Of a stretch of 64,000 nt of DNA, positions 1 to 12,700 are shown piece by piece. Numbering within the stretch: the stretch's first letter is position 1; each line of letters begins with the position of its first letter. The stretch lies in NCBI RefSeq assembly GCF_009914755.1, contig NC_060925.1. One strand, given 5' to 3'. A program made the position numbers and the translations under genes. Origin of the DNA: the human T2T-CHM13v2.0 reference genome, Homo sapiens. The notes below the pieces were generated by a model. It searched no databases and was not told the DNA's origin. It saw only the letters and a program-made list of their open reading frames with translations.

Positions 1-1932
1 ATCATCGAATGGAATCGAATAGAATTATGGAATGAAATCCAGTGTGATCATCATCGAATGGACCCGAATGGAATCATCATCCAACGGAAGCTAATGGAAT
101 CAACATCGAATGAATCAAATGGAAACACCATCGAATTGAAACGAATGGAATTATCATGAAATTGAAATGGATGGACTCATCATCGAATGGATTCGAATGG
201 AATCATCGAATAAAATTGATTGAAATCATCATCGAATGGAATCGAATGGTATCATTGAATGGAATCGAATGGAATCATCATCAGATGGAAATGAATGGAA
301 TCGTCATAGAATGGAATCGAATGGATTCATTGAATGGAATCAGATGGAATCATCGAATGGACTGGAATGGAATCATTGAATGGACTCGAAAGGGATCATA
401 ATTGAATGGAATTGAATGGAATCATCGAATGGTCTCGATTGGAATCATTATCAAATGGAATCGAATGGAATCACCGAATAGAATCGAATGGAACAATCAT
501 CGAATGGACTCAAATGGAATTATCCTCAAATGGAATCGAATGGAATTATCAAATGCAATCGAATGGAATTATCGAATGCAATCGAATAGAATCATCGAAT
601 GGACTCGAATGGAATCATCGAATGGAATGGAATGGAACAGTCAATGAACTCGAATGGAATCATCATTGAATGGAATCGAATGGAATCATCGAGTGGAATC
701 GAATGGAATTATGATCAAATGGAATCGAATGTTATCATCATCAAATGGAATCAAAAATAACCATCATCAATTGGTATTGAATGGAATTGTCATCAAATGG
801 AATTCAAAGGAATCATCATCAAATGGAACCGAATGGAATCCTCATTGAATGGAAATGAAAGGGGTCATCATCTAATGGAATCGCATGGAATCATCATCAA
901 ATGGAATCGAATGGAATCATCATCAAATGGAATCTAATGGAATCATTGAACAGAATTGAATGGAATCGTCATCGAATGAATTGTATGCAATCATCGAATG
1001 GTCTCGAATGGAATCATCTTCTAATGGAAAGGAATGGAATCATCGCATAGAATCGAATGGAATTATCATCGAATGGAATCGAATGGTATCAACACCAAAC
1101 GGAAAAAAAACGGAATTATCGAATGGAATCGAAGAGAATCTTCGAACGGACCCGAATGGAATCATCTAATGGAATGGAATGGAATAATCCATGAACTCGA
1201 ATGCAATCATCATCGAATGGAATCGAATGGAATCATCGAATGGACTCGAATGGAATAATCATTGAACGGAATCGAATGGAATCATCATCGGATGGAAACG
1301 AATGGAATCATCATCGAATGGAAATGAAAGGAGTCATCATCTAATGGAATTGCATGGAATCATCATAAAATGGAATCGAATGGAATCAACATCAAATGGA
1401 ATCAAATGGAATCATTGAACGGAATTGAATGGAATCGTCATCGAATGAATTGACTGCAATCATCCAATGGTCTCGAATGGAATCATCTTCAAATGGAATG
1501 GAATGGAATCATCGCATAGAATCGAATGGAATTATCATCGAATGGAATCGAATGGAATCAACATCAAACGGAAAAAAACGGAATTATCGAATGGAATCGA
1601 AGAGAATCATCGAATGGACCCGAATGGAATCATCTAATGGAATGGAATGGAATAATCCATGGACTCGAATGCAATCATCATCGAATGGAATCGAATGGAA
1701 TCATCGAATGGACTCGAATGGAATAATCATTGAACGGAATCGAATGGAATCATCATCGGATGGATATGAATGGAATCATCATCGAATGGAATCGAATAGA
1801 ATTATGGAATGAAATCCAGTGTGATCATCATCGAATGGACCCGAATGGAATCATCATCCAACGGAAGCTAATGGAATCAACATCGAATGAATCAAATGGA
1901 AACACCATCGAATTGAAACGAATGGAATTATC

Positions 1933-3708
1933 ATGAAATTGAAATGGATGGACTCATCATCGAATGGATTCGAATGGAATCATCGAATAAAATTGATTGA
2001 AATCATCATCCAATGGAATCGAATGGTATCAGTGAATGGAATCGAATGGAATCATCATCACATGGAAATGAATGGAATCGTCATAGAATGGAATCGAATG
2101 GATTCATTGAATGGAATCAGATGGAATCATCGAATGGACTGGAATGGAATCATTGAATGGACTCGAAAGGGATCATTATTGAATGGAATTGAATGGAATC
2201 ATCGAATGGTCTCGATTGGAATCATTATCAAATGGAATCGAATGGAATCACCGAATAGAATCGAATGGAACAATCATCGAATGGACTCAAATGGAATTAT
2301 CCTCCAATGGAATCGAATGGAATTATCGAATGCAATCGAATGGAATTATCGAATGCAATCGAATAGAATCATCGAATGGACTCGAATGGAATCATCGAAT
2401 GGAATGGAATGGAACAGTCAATGAACTCGAATGGAATCATCATTGAATGGAATCGAATGGAATCATCGAGTGGAATCGAATGGAATTATGATCAAATGGA
2501 ATCGAATGTAATCATCATCAAATGGAATCAAAAATAACCATCATCAATTGGTATTGAATGGAATTGTCATCAAATGGAATTCAAAGGAATCATCATCAAA
2601 TGGAACCGAATGGAATCCTCATTGAATGGAAATGAAAGGGGTCATCATCTAATGGAATCGCATGGAATCATCATCAAATGGAATCGAATGGAATCATCAT
2701 CAAATGAAATCTAATGGAATCATTGAACAGAATTGAATGGAATCGTCATCGAATGAATTGAATGCAATCATCGAATGGTCTCGAATGGAATCATCTTCTA
2801 ATGGAAAGGAATGGAATCATCGCATAGAATCGAATGGAATTATCATCGAATGGAATCGAATGGTATCAACACCAAACGGAAAAAAACGGAATTATCGAAT
2901 GGAATCGAAGAGAATCTTCGAACGGACCCGAATGGAATCATCTAATGGAATGGAATGGAATAATCCATGGACTCGAATGCAATCATCATCGAATGGAATC
3001 GAATGGAATCATCGAATGGACTCGAATGGAATAATCATTGAACGGAATCGAATGGAATCATCATCGGATGGAAACGAATGGAATCATCATCGAATGGAAA
3101 TGAAAGGAGTCATCATCTAATGGAATTGCATGGAATCATCATAAAATGGAATCGAATGGAATCAACATCAAATGGAATCAAATGGAATCATTGAACGGAA
3201 TTGAATGGAATCGTCATCGAATGAATTGAATGCAATCATCGAATGGTCTCGAATGGAATCATCTTCTAATGGAATGGAATGGAATCATCGCATAGAATCG
3301 AATGGAATTATCATCGAATGGAATCGAATGGAATCAACATCAAACGGAAAAAAACGGAATTATCGAATGGAATCGAAGAGAATCATCGAATGGACCCGAA
3401 TGGAATCATCTAATGGAATGGAATGGAATAATCCATGGACTCGAATGCAATCATCATCCAATGGAATCGAATGGAATCATCGAATGGACTCGAATGGAAT
3501 AATCATTGAACGGAATCGAATGGAATCATCATCGGATGGAAATGAATGGAATCATCATCGAATGGAATCGAATAGAATTATGGAATGAAATCCAGTGTGA
3601 TCATCATCGAATGGACCCGAATGGAATCATCATCCAACGGAAGCTAATGGAATCAACATCGAATGAATCGAATGGAAACACCATCGAATTGAAACGAATG
3701 GAATTATC
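1933..3708 (+). repeat. Representative canonical 1,776-bp HSat2 unit (~840-bp non-duplicated module + two 468-bp subrepeats)
   Basis: Landmark ATGAAATTGAAATGG at 1933 and 3709; the same spacing is seen at 5485, 10815, 12591 and 14367. Confidence 0.95.
2629..3564 (+). repeat. Internal 468-bp diverged tandem subrepeat pair (A1/A2) present in each canonical unit
   Basis: GAAATGAAAGGGGTCATCATCTAATGGAATCGCATGG at 2629 vs GAAATGAAAGGAGTCATCATCTAATGGAATTGCATGG at 3097. Both halves carry ACGGAAAAAAACGG, GAAGAGAATC and AATAATCCATGG. The paired ORFs at 2737 and 3205 are 468 apart. Confidence 0.95.
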
Positions 3709-6700
3709 ATGAAATTGAAATGGATGGACTCATCATCGAATGGATTCGAATGGAATCATCGAATAAAATTGATTGAAATCATCATCCAATGGAATCGAAT
3801 GGTATCATTGAATGGAATCGAATGGAATCATCATCAGATGGAAATGAATGGAATCGTCATAGAATGGAATCGAATGGATTCATTGAATGGAATCAGATGG
3901 AATCATCGAATGGACTGGAATGGAATCATTGAATGGACTCGAAAGGGATCATTATTGAATGGAATTGAATGGAATCATCGAATGGTCTCGATTGGAATCA
4001 TTATCAAATGGAATCGAATGGAATCACCGAATAGAATCGAATGGAACAATCATCGAATGGACTCAAATGGAATTATCCTCCAATGGAATCGAATGGAATT
4101 ATCGAATGCAATCGAATGGAATTATCGAATGCAATCGAATAGAATCATCGAATGGACTCGAATGGAATCATCGAATGGAATGGAATGGAACAGTCAATGA
4201 ACTCGAATGGAATCATCATTGAATGGAATCGAATGGAATCATCGAGTGGAATCGAATGGAATTATGATCAAATGGAATCGAATGTTATCATCATCAAATG
4301 GAATCAAAAATAACCATCATCAATTGGTATTGAATGGAATTGTCATCAAATGGAATTCAAAGGAATCATCATCAAATGGAACCGAATGGAATCCTCATTG
4401 AATGGAAATGAAAGGGGTCATCATCTAATGGAATCGCATGGAATCATCATCAAATGGAATCGAATGGAATCATCATCAAATGGAATCTAATGGAATCATT
4501 GAACAGAATTGAATGGAATCGTCATCGAATGAATTGAATGCAATCATCGAATGGTCTCGAATGGAATCATCTTCTAATGGAAAGGAATGGAATCATCGCA
4601 TAGAATCGAATGGAATTATCATCGAATGGAATCGAATGGTATCAACACCAAACGGAAAAAAACGGAATTATCGAATGGAATCGAAGAGAATCTTCGAACG
4701 GACCCGAATGGAATCATCTAATGGAATGGAATGGAATAATCCATGAACTCGAATGCAATCATCATCGAATGGAATCGAATGGAATCATCGAATGGACTCG
4801 AATGGAATAATCATTGAACGGAATCGAATGGAATCATCATCGGATGGAAACGAATGGAATCATCATCGAATGGAAATGAAAGGAGTCATCATCTAATGGA
4901 ATTGCATGGAATCATCATAAAATGGAATCGAATGGAATCAACATCAAATGGAATCAAATGGAATCATTGAACGGAATTGAATGGAATCGTCATCGAATGA
5001 ATTGAATGCAATCATCGAATGGTCTCGAATGGAATCATCTTCAAATGGAATGGAATGGAATCATCGCATAGAATCGAATGGAATTATCATCGAATGGAAT
5101 CGAATGGAATCAACATCAAACGGAAAAAAACGGAATTATCGAATGGAATCGAAGAGAATCATCGAATGGACCCGAATGGAATCATCTAATGGAATGGAAT
5201 GGAATAATCCATGGACTCGAATGCAATCATCATCCAATGGAATCGAATGGAATCATCGAATGGACTCGAATGGAATAATCATTGAATGGAATCGAATGGA
5301 ATCATCATCGGATGGAAATGAATGGAATCATCATCGAATGGAATCGAATAGAATTATGGAATGAAATCCAGTGTGATCATCATCGAATGGACCCGAATGG
5401 AATCATCATCCAACGGAAGCTAATGGAATCAACATCGAATGAATCGAATGGAAACACCATCGAATTGAAACGAATGGAATTATCATGAAATTGAAATGGA
5501 TGGACTCATCATCGAATGGATTCGAATGGAATCATCGAATAAAATTGATTGAAATCATCATCCAATGGAATCGAATGGTATCATTGAATGGAATCGAATG
5601 GAATCATCATCAGATGGAAATGAATGGAATCGTCATAGAATGGAATCGAATGGATTCATTGAATGGAATCAGATGGAATCATCGAATGGACTGGAATGGA
5701 ATCATTGAATGGACTCGAAAGGGATCATTATTGAATGGAATTGAATGGAATCATCGAATGGTCTCGATTGGAATCATTATCAAATGGAATGGAATGGAAT
5801 CACCGAATAGAATCGAATGGAACAATCATCGAATGGACTCAAATGGAATTATCCTCCAATGGAATCGAATGGAATTATCGAATGCAATCGAATGGAATTA
5901 TCGAATGCAATCGAATAGAATCATCGAATGGACTCGAATGGAATCATCAAATGGAATGGAATGGAACAGTCAATGAACTCGAATGGAATCATCATTGAAT
6001 GGAATCGAATGGAATCATCGAGTGGAATCGAATGGAATTATGATCAAATGGAATCGAATGTAATCATCATCAAATGGAATCAAAAATAACCATCATCAAT
6101 TGGTATTGAATGGAATTGTCATCAAATGGAATTCAAAGGAATCATCATCAAATGGAACCGAATGGAATCCTCATTGAATGGAAATGAAAGGGGTCATCAT
6201 CTAATGGAATCGCATGGAATCATCATCAAATGGAATCGAATGGAATCATCATCAAATGGAATCTAATGGAATCATTGAACAGAATTGAATGGAATCGTCA
6301 TCGAATGAATTGAATGCAATCATCGAATGGTCTCTAATGGAATCATCTTCTAATGGAAAGGAATGGAATCATCGCATAGAATCGAATGGAATTATCATCG
6401 AATGGAATCGAATGGTATCAACACCAAACGGAAAAAAAACGGAATTATCGAATGGAATCGAAGAGAATCTTCGAACGGACCCGAATGGAATCATCTAATG
6501 GAATGGAATGGAATAATCCATGAACTCGAATGCAATCATCATCGAATGGAATCGAATGGAATCATCGAATGGACTCGAATGGAATAATCATTGAACGGAA
6601 TCGAATGGAATCATCATCGGATGGAAACGAATGGAATCATCATCGAATGGAAATGAAAGGAGTCATCATCTAATGGAATTGCATGGAATCATCATAAAAT

Positions 6701-9700
6701 GGAATCGAATGGAATCAACATCAAATGGAATCAAATGGAATCATTGAACGGAATTGAATGGAATCGTCATCGAATGAATTGACTGCAATCATCCAATGGT
6801 CTCGAATGGAATCATCTTCAAATGGAATGGAATGGAATCATCGCATAGAATCGAATGGAATTATCATCGAATGGAATCGAATGGAATCAACATCAAACGG
6901 AAAAAAACGGAATTATCGAATGGAATCGAAGAGAATCATCGAATGGCCCCGAATAGAATCATCTAATGGAATGGAATTGAATAATCGATGGACTCGAATG
7001 CAATCATCATCGAATGGAATCGAATCGAATCATCGAATGGACTCGAATGGAATAATCATTGAATGGAATCGAATGGAATCATCATCGGATGGAAATGAAT
7101 GGAATCATCATCGAATGGAATCGAATAGAATTATGGAATGAAATCCAGTGTGATCATCATCGAATGGACCCGAATGGAATCATCATCCAACGGAAGCTAA
7201 TGGAATCAACATCGAATGAATCAAATGGAAACACCATCGAATTGAAACGAATGGAATTATCATGAAATTGAAATGGATGGACTCATCATCGAATGGATTC
7301 GAATGGAATCATCGAATAAAATTGATTGAAATCATCATCGAATGGAATCGAATGGTATCATTGAATGGAATCGAATGGAATCATCATCAGATGGAAATGA
7401 ATGGAATCGTCATAGAATGGAATCGAATGGATTCATTGAATGGAATCAGATGGAATCATCGAATGGACTGGAATGGAATCATTGAATGGACTCGAAAGGG
7501 ATCATAATTGAATGGAATTGAATGGAATCATCGAATGGTCTCGATTGGAATCATTATCAAATGGAATCGAATGGAATCACCGAATAGAATCGAATGGAAC
7601 AATCATCGAATGGACTCAAATGGAATTATCCTCAAATGGAATCGAATGGAATTATCAAATGCAATCGAATGGAATTATCGAATGCAATCGAATAGAATCA
7701 TCGAATGGACTCGAATGGAATCATCGAATGGAATGGAATGGAACAGTCAATGAACTCGAATGGAATCATCATTGAATGGAATCGAATGGAATCATCGAGT
7801 GGAATCGAATGGAATTATGATCAAATGGAATCGAATGTTATCATCATCAAATGGAATCAAAAATAACCATCATCAATTGGTATTGAATGGAATTGTCATC
7901 AAATGGAATTCAAAGGAATCATCATCAAATGGAACCGAATGGAATCCTCATTGAATGGAAATGAAAGGGGTCATCATCTAATGGAATCGCATGGAATCAT
8001 CATCAAATGGAATCGAATGGAATCATCATCAAATGGAATCTAATGGAATCATTGAACAGAATTGAATGGAATCGTCATCGAATGAATTGTATGCAATCAT
8101 CGAATGGTCTCGAATGGAATCATCTTCTAATGGAAAGGAATGGAATCATCGCATAGAATCGAATGGAATTATCATCGAATGGAATCGAATGGTATCAACA
8201 CCAAACGGAAAAAAAACGGAATTATCGAATGGAATCGAAGAGAATCTTCGAACGGACCCGAATGGAATCATCTAATGGAATGGAATGGAATAATCCATGA
8301 ACTCGAATGCAATCATCATCGAATGGAATCGAATGGAATCATCGAATGGACTCGAATGGAATAATCATTGAACGGAATCGAATGGAATCATCATCGGATG
8401 GAAACGAATGGAATCATCATCGAATGGAAATGAAAGGAGTCATCATCTAATGGAATTGCATGGAATCATCATAAAATGGAATCGAATGGAATCAACATCA
8501 AATGGAATCAAATGGAATCATTGAACGGAATTGAATGGAATCGTCATCGAATGAATTGACTGCAATCATCCAATGGTCTCGAATGGAATCATCTTCAAAT
8601 GGAATGGAATGGAATCATCGCATAGAATCGAATGGAATTATCATCGAATGGAATCGAATGGAATCAACATCAAACGGAAAAAAACGGAATTATCGAATGG
8701 AATCGAAGAGAATCATCGAATGGACCCGAATGGAATCATCTAATGGAATGGAATGGAATAATCCATGGACTCGAATGCAATCATCATCGAATGGAATCGA
8801 ATGGAATCATCGAATGGACTCGAATGGAATAATCATTGAACGGAATCGAATGGAATCATCATCGGATGGATATGAATGGAATCATCATCGAATGGAATCG
8901 AATAGAATTATGGAATGAAATCCAGTGTGATCATCATCGAATGGACCCGAATGGAATCATCATCCAACGGAAGCTAATGGAATCAACATCGAATGAATCA
9001 AATGGAAACACCATCGAATTGAAACGAATGGAATTATCATGAAATTGAAATGGATGGACTCATCATCGAATGGATTCGAATGGAATCATCGAATAAAATT
9101 GATTGAAATCATCATCCAATGGAATCGAATGGTATCAGTGAATGGAATCGAATGGAATCATCATCACATGGAAATGAATGGAATCGTCATAGAATGGAAT
9201 CGAATGGATTCATTGAATGGAATCAGATGGAATCATCGAATGGACTGGAATGGAATCATTGAATGGACTCGAAAGGGATCATTATTGAATGGAATTGAAT
9301 GGAATCATCGAATGGTCTCGATTGGAATCATTATCAAATGGAATCGAATGGAATCACCGAATAGAATCGAATGGAACAATCATCGAATGGACTCAAATGG
9401 AATTATCCTCCAATGGAATCGAATGGAATTATCGAATGCAATCGAATGGAATTATCGAATGCAATCGAATAGAATCATCGAATGGACTCGAATGGAATCA
9501 TCGAATGGAATGGAATGGAACAGTCAATGAACTCGAATGGAATCATCATTGAATGGAATCGAATGGAATCATCGAGTGGAATCGAATGGAATTATGATCA
9601 AATGGAATCGAATGTAATCATCATCAAATGGAATCAAAAATAACCATCATCAATTGGTATTGAATGGAATTGTCATCAAATGGAATTCAAAGGAATCATC

Positions 9701-12700
9701 ATCAAATGGAACCGAATGGAATCCTCATTGAATGGAAATGAAAGGGGTCATCATCTAATGGAATCGCATGGAATCATCATCAAATGGAATCGAATGGAAT
9801 CATCATCAAATGGAATCTAATGGAATCATTGAACAGAATTGAATGGAATCGTCATCGAATGAATTGAATGCAATCATCGAATGGTCTCGAATGGAATCAT
9901 CTTCTAATGGAAAGGAATGGAATCATCGCATAGAATCGAATGGAATTATCATCGAATGGAATCGAATGGTATCAACACCAAACGGAAAAAAACGGAATTA
10001 TCGAATGGAATCGAAGAGAATCTTCGAACGGACCCGAATGGAATCATCTAATGGAATGGAATGGAATAATCCATGGACTCGAATGCAATCATCATCGAAT
10101 GGAATCGAATGGAATCATCGAATGGACTCGAATGGAATAATCATTGAACGGAATCGAATGGAATCATCATCGGATGGAAACGAATGGAATCATCATCGAA
10201 TGGAAATGAAAGGAGTCATCATCTAATGGAATTGCATGGAATCATCATAAAATGGAATCGAATGGAATCAACATCAAATGGAATCAAATGGAATCATTGA
10301 ACGGAATTGAATGGAATCGTCATCGAATGAATTGAATGCAATCATCGAATGGTCTCGAATGGAATCATCTTCAAATGGAATGGAATGGAATCATCGCATA
10401 GAATCGAATGGAATTATCATCGAATGGAATCGAATGGAATCAACATCAAACGGAAAAAAACGGAATTATCGAATGGAATCGAAGAGAATCATCGAATGGA
10501 CCCGAATGGAATCATCTAATGGAATGGAATGGAATAATCCATGGACTCGAATGCAATCATCATCGAATGGAATCGAATGGAATCATCGAATGGACTCGAA
10601 TGGAATAATCATTGAACGGAATCGAATGGAATCATCATCGGATGGAAATGAATGGAATCATCATCGAATGGAATCGAATAGAATTATGGAATGAAATCCA
10701 GTGTGATCATCATCGAATGGACCCGAATGGAATCATCATCCAACGGAAGCTAATGGAATCAACATCGAATGAATCGAATGGAAACACCATCGAATTGAAA
10801 CGAATGGAATTATCATGAAATTGAAATGGATGGACTCATCATCGAATGGATTCGAATGGAATCATCGAATAAAATTGATTGAAATCATCATCCAATGGAA
10901 TCGAATGGTATCATTGAATGGAATCGAATGGAATCATCATCAGATGGAAATGAATGGAATCGTCATAGAATGGAATCGAATGGATTCATTGAATGGAATC
11001 AGATGGAATCATCGAATGGACTGGAATGGAATCATTGAATGGACTCGAAAGGGATCATTATTGAATGGAATTGAATGGAATCATCGAATGGTCTCGATTG
11101 GAATCATTATCAAATGGAATCGAATGGAATCACCGAATAGAATCGAATGGAACAATCATCGAATGGACTCAAATGGAATTATCCTCCAATGGAATCGAAT
11201 GGAATTATCGAATGCAATCGAATGGAATTATCGAATGCAATCGAATAGAATCATCGAATGGACTCGAATGGAATCATCAAATGGAATGGAATGGAACAGT
11301 CAATGAACTCGAATGGAATCATCATTGAATGGAATCGAATGGAATCATCGAGTGGAATCGAATGGAATTATGATCAAATGGAATCGAATGTAATCATCAT
11401 CAAATGGAATCAAAAATAACCATCATCAATTGGTATTGAAAGGAATTGTCATCAAATGGAATTCAAAGGAATCATCATCAAATGGAACCGAATGGAATCC
11501 TCATTGAATGGAAATGAAAGGGGTCATCATCTAATGGAATCGCATGGAATCATCATCAAATGGAATCGAATGGAATCATCATCAAATGGAATCTAATGGA
11601 ATCATTGAACAGAATTGAATGGAATCGTCATCGAATGAATTGAATGCAATCATCGAATGGTCTCGAATGGAATCATCTTCTAATGGAAAGGAATGGAATC
11701 ATCGCATAGAATCGAATGGAATTATCATCGAATGGAATCGAATGGTATCAACACCAAACGGAAAAAAACGGAATTATCGAATGGAATCGAAGAGAATCTT
11801 CGAACGGACCCGAATGGAATCATCTAATGGAATGGAATGGAATAATCCATGGACTCGAATGCAATCATCATCGAATGGAATCGAATGGAATCATCGAATG
11901 GACTCGAATGGAATAATCATTGAACGGAATCGAATGGAATCATCATCGGATGGAAACGAATGGAATCATCATCGAATGGAAATGAAAGGAGTCATCATCT
12001 AATGGAATTGCATGGAATCATCATAAAATGGAATCGAATGGAATCAACATCAAATGGAATCAAATGGAATCATTGAACGGAATTGAATGGAATCGTCATC
12101 GAATGAATTGAATGCAATCATCGAATGGTCTCGAATGGAATCATCTTCAAATGGAATGGAATGGAATCATCGCATAGAATCGAATGGAATTATCATCGAA
12201 TGGAATCGAATGGAATCAACATCAAACGGAAAAAAACGGAATTATCGAATGGAATCGAAGAGAATCATCGAATGGACCCGAATGGAATCATCTAATGGAA
12301 TGGAATGGAATAATCCATGGACTCGAATGCAATCATCATCCAATGGAATCGAATGGAATCATCGAATGGACTCGAATGGAATAATCATTGAACGGAATCG
12401 AATGGAATCATCATCGGATGGAAATGAATGGAATCATCATCGAATGGAATCGAATAGAATTATGGAATGAAATCCAGTGTGATCATCATCGAATGGACCC
12501 GAATGGAATCATCATCCAACGGAAGCTAATGGAATCAACATCGAATGAATCGAATGGAAACACCATCGAATTGAAACGAATGGAATTATCATGAAATTGA
12601 AATGGATGGACTCATCATCGAATGGATTCGAATGGAATCATCGAATAAAATTGATTGAAATCATCATCCAATTGAATCGAATGGTATCATTGAATGGAAT

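Noticed and set aside
206-230. AATAAA poly(A) signal and TGATTGAAATCA near-palindrome (homeodomain/DUX4-like) once per unit
   Set aside because: Short motifs are expected by chance in AT-rich satellite, the DUX4 consensus match is imperfect, and the sequence alone gives no transcript evidence.
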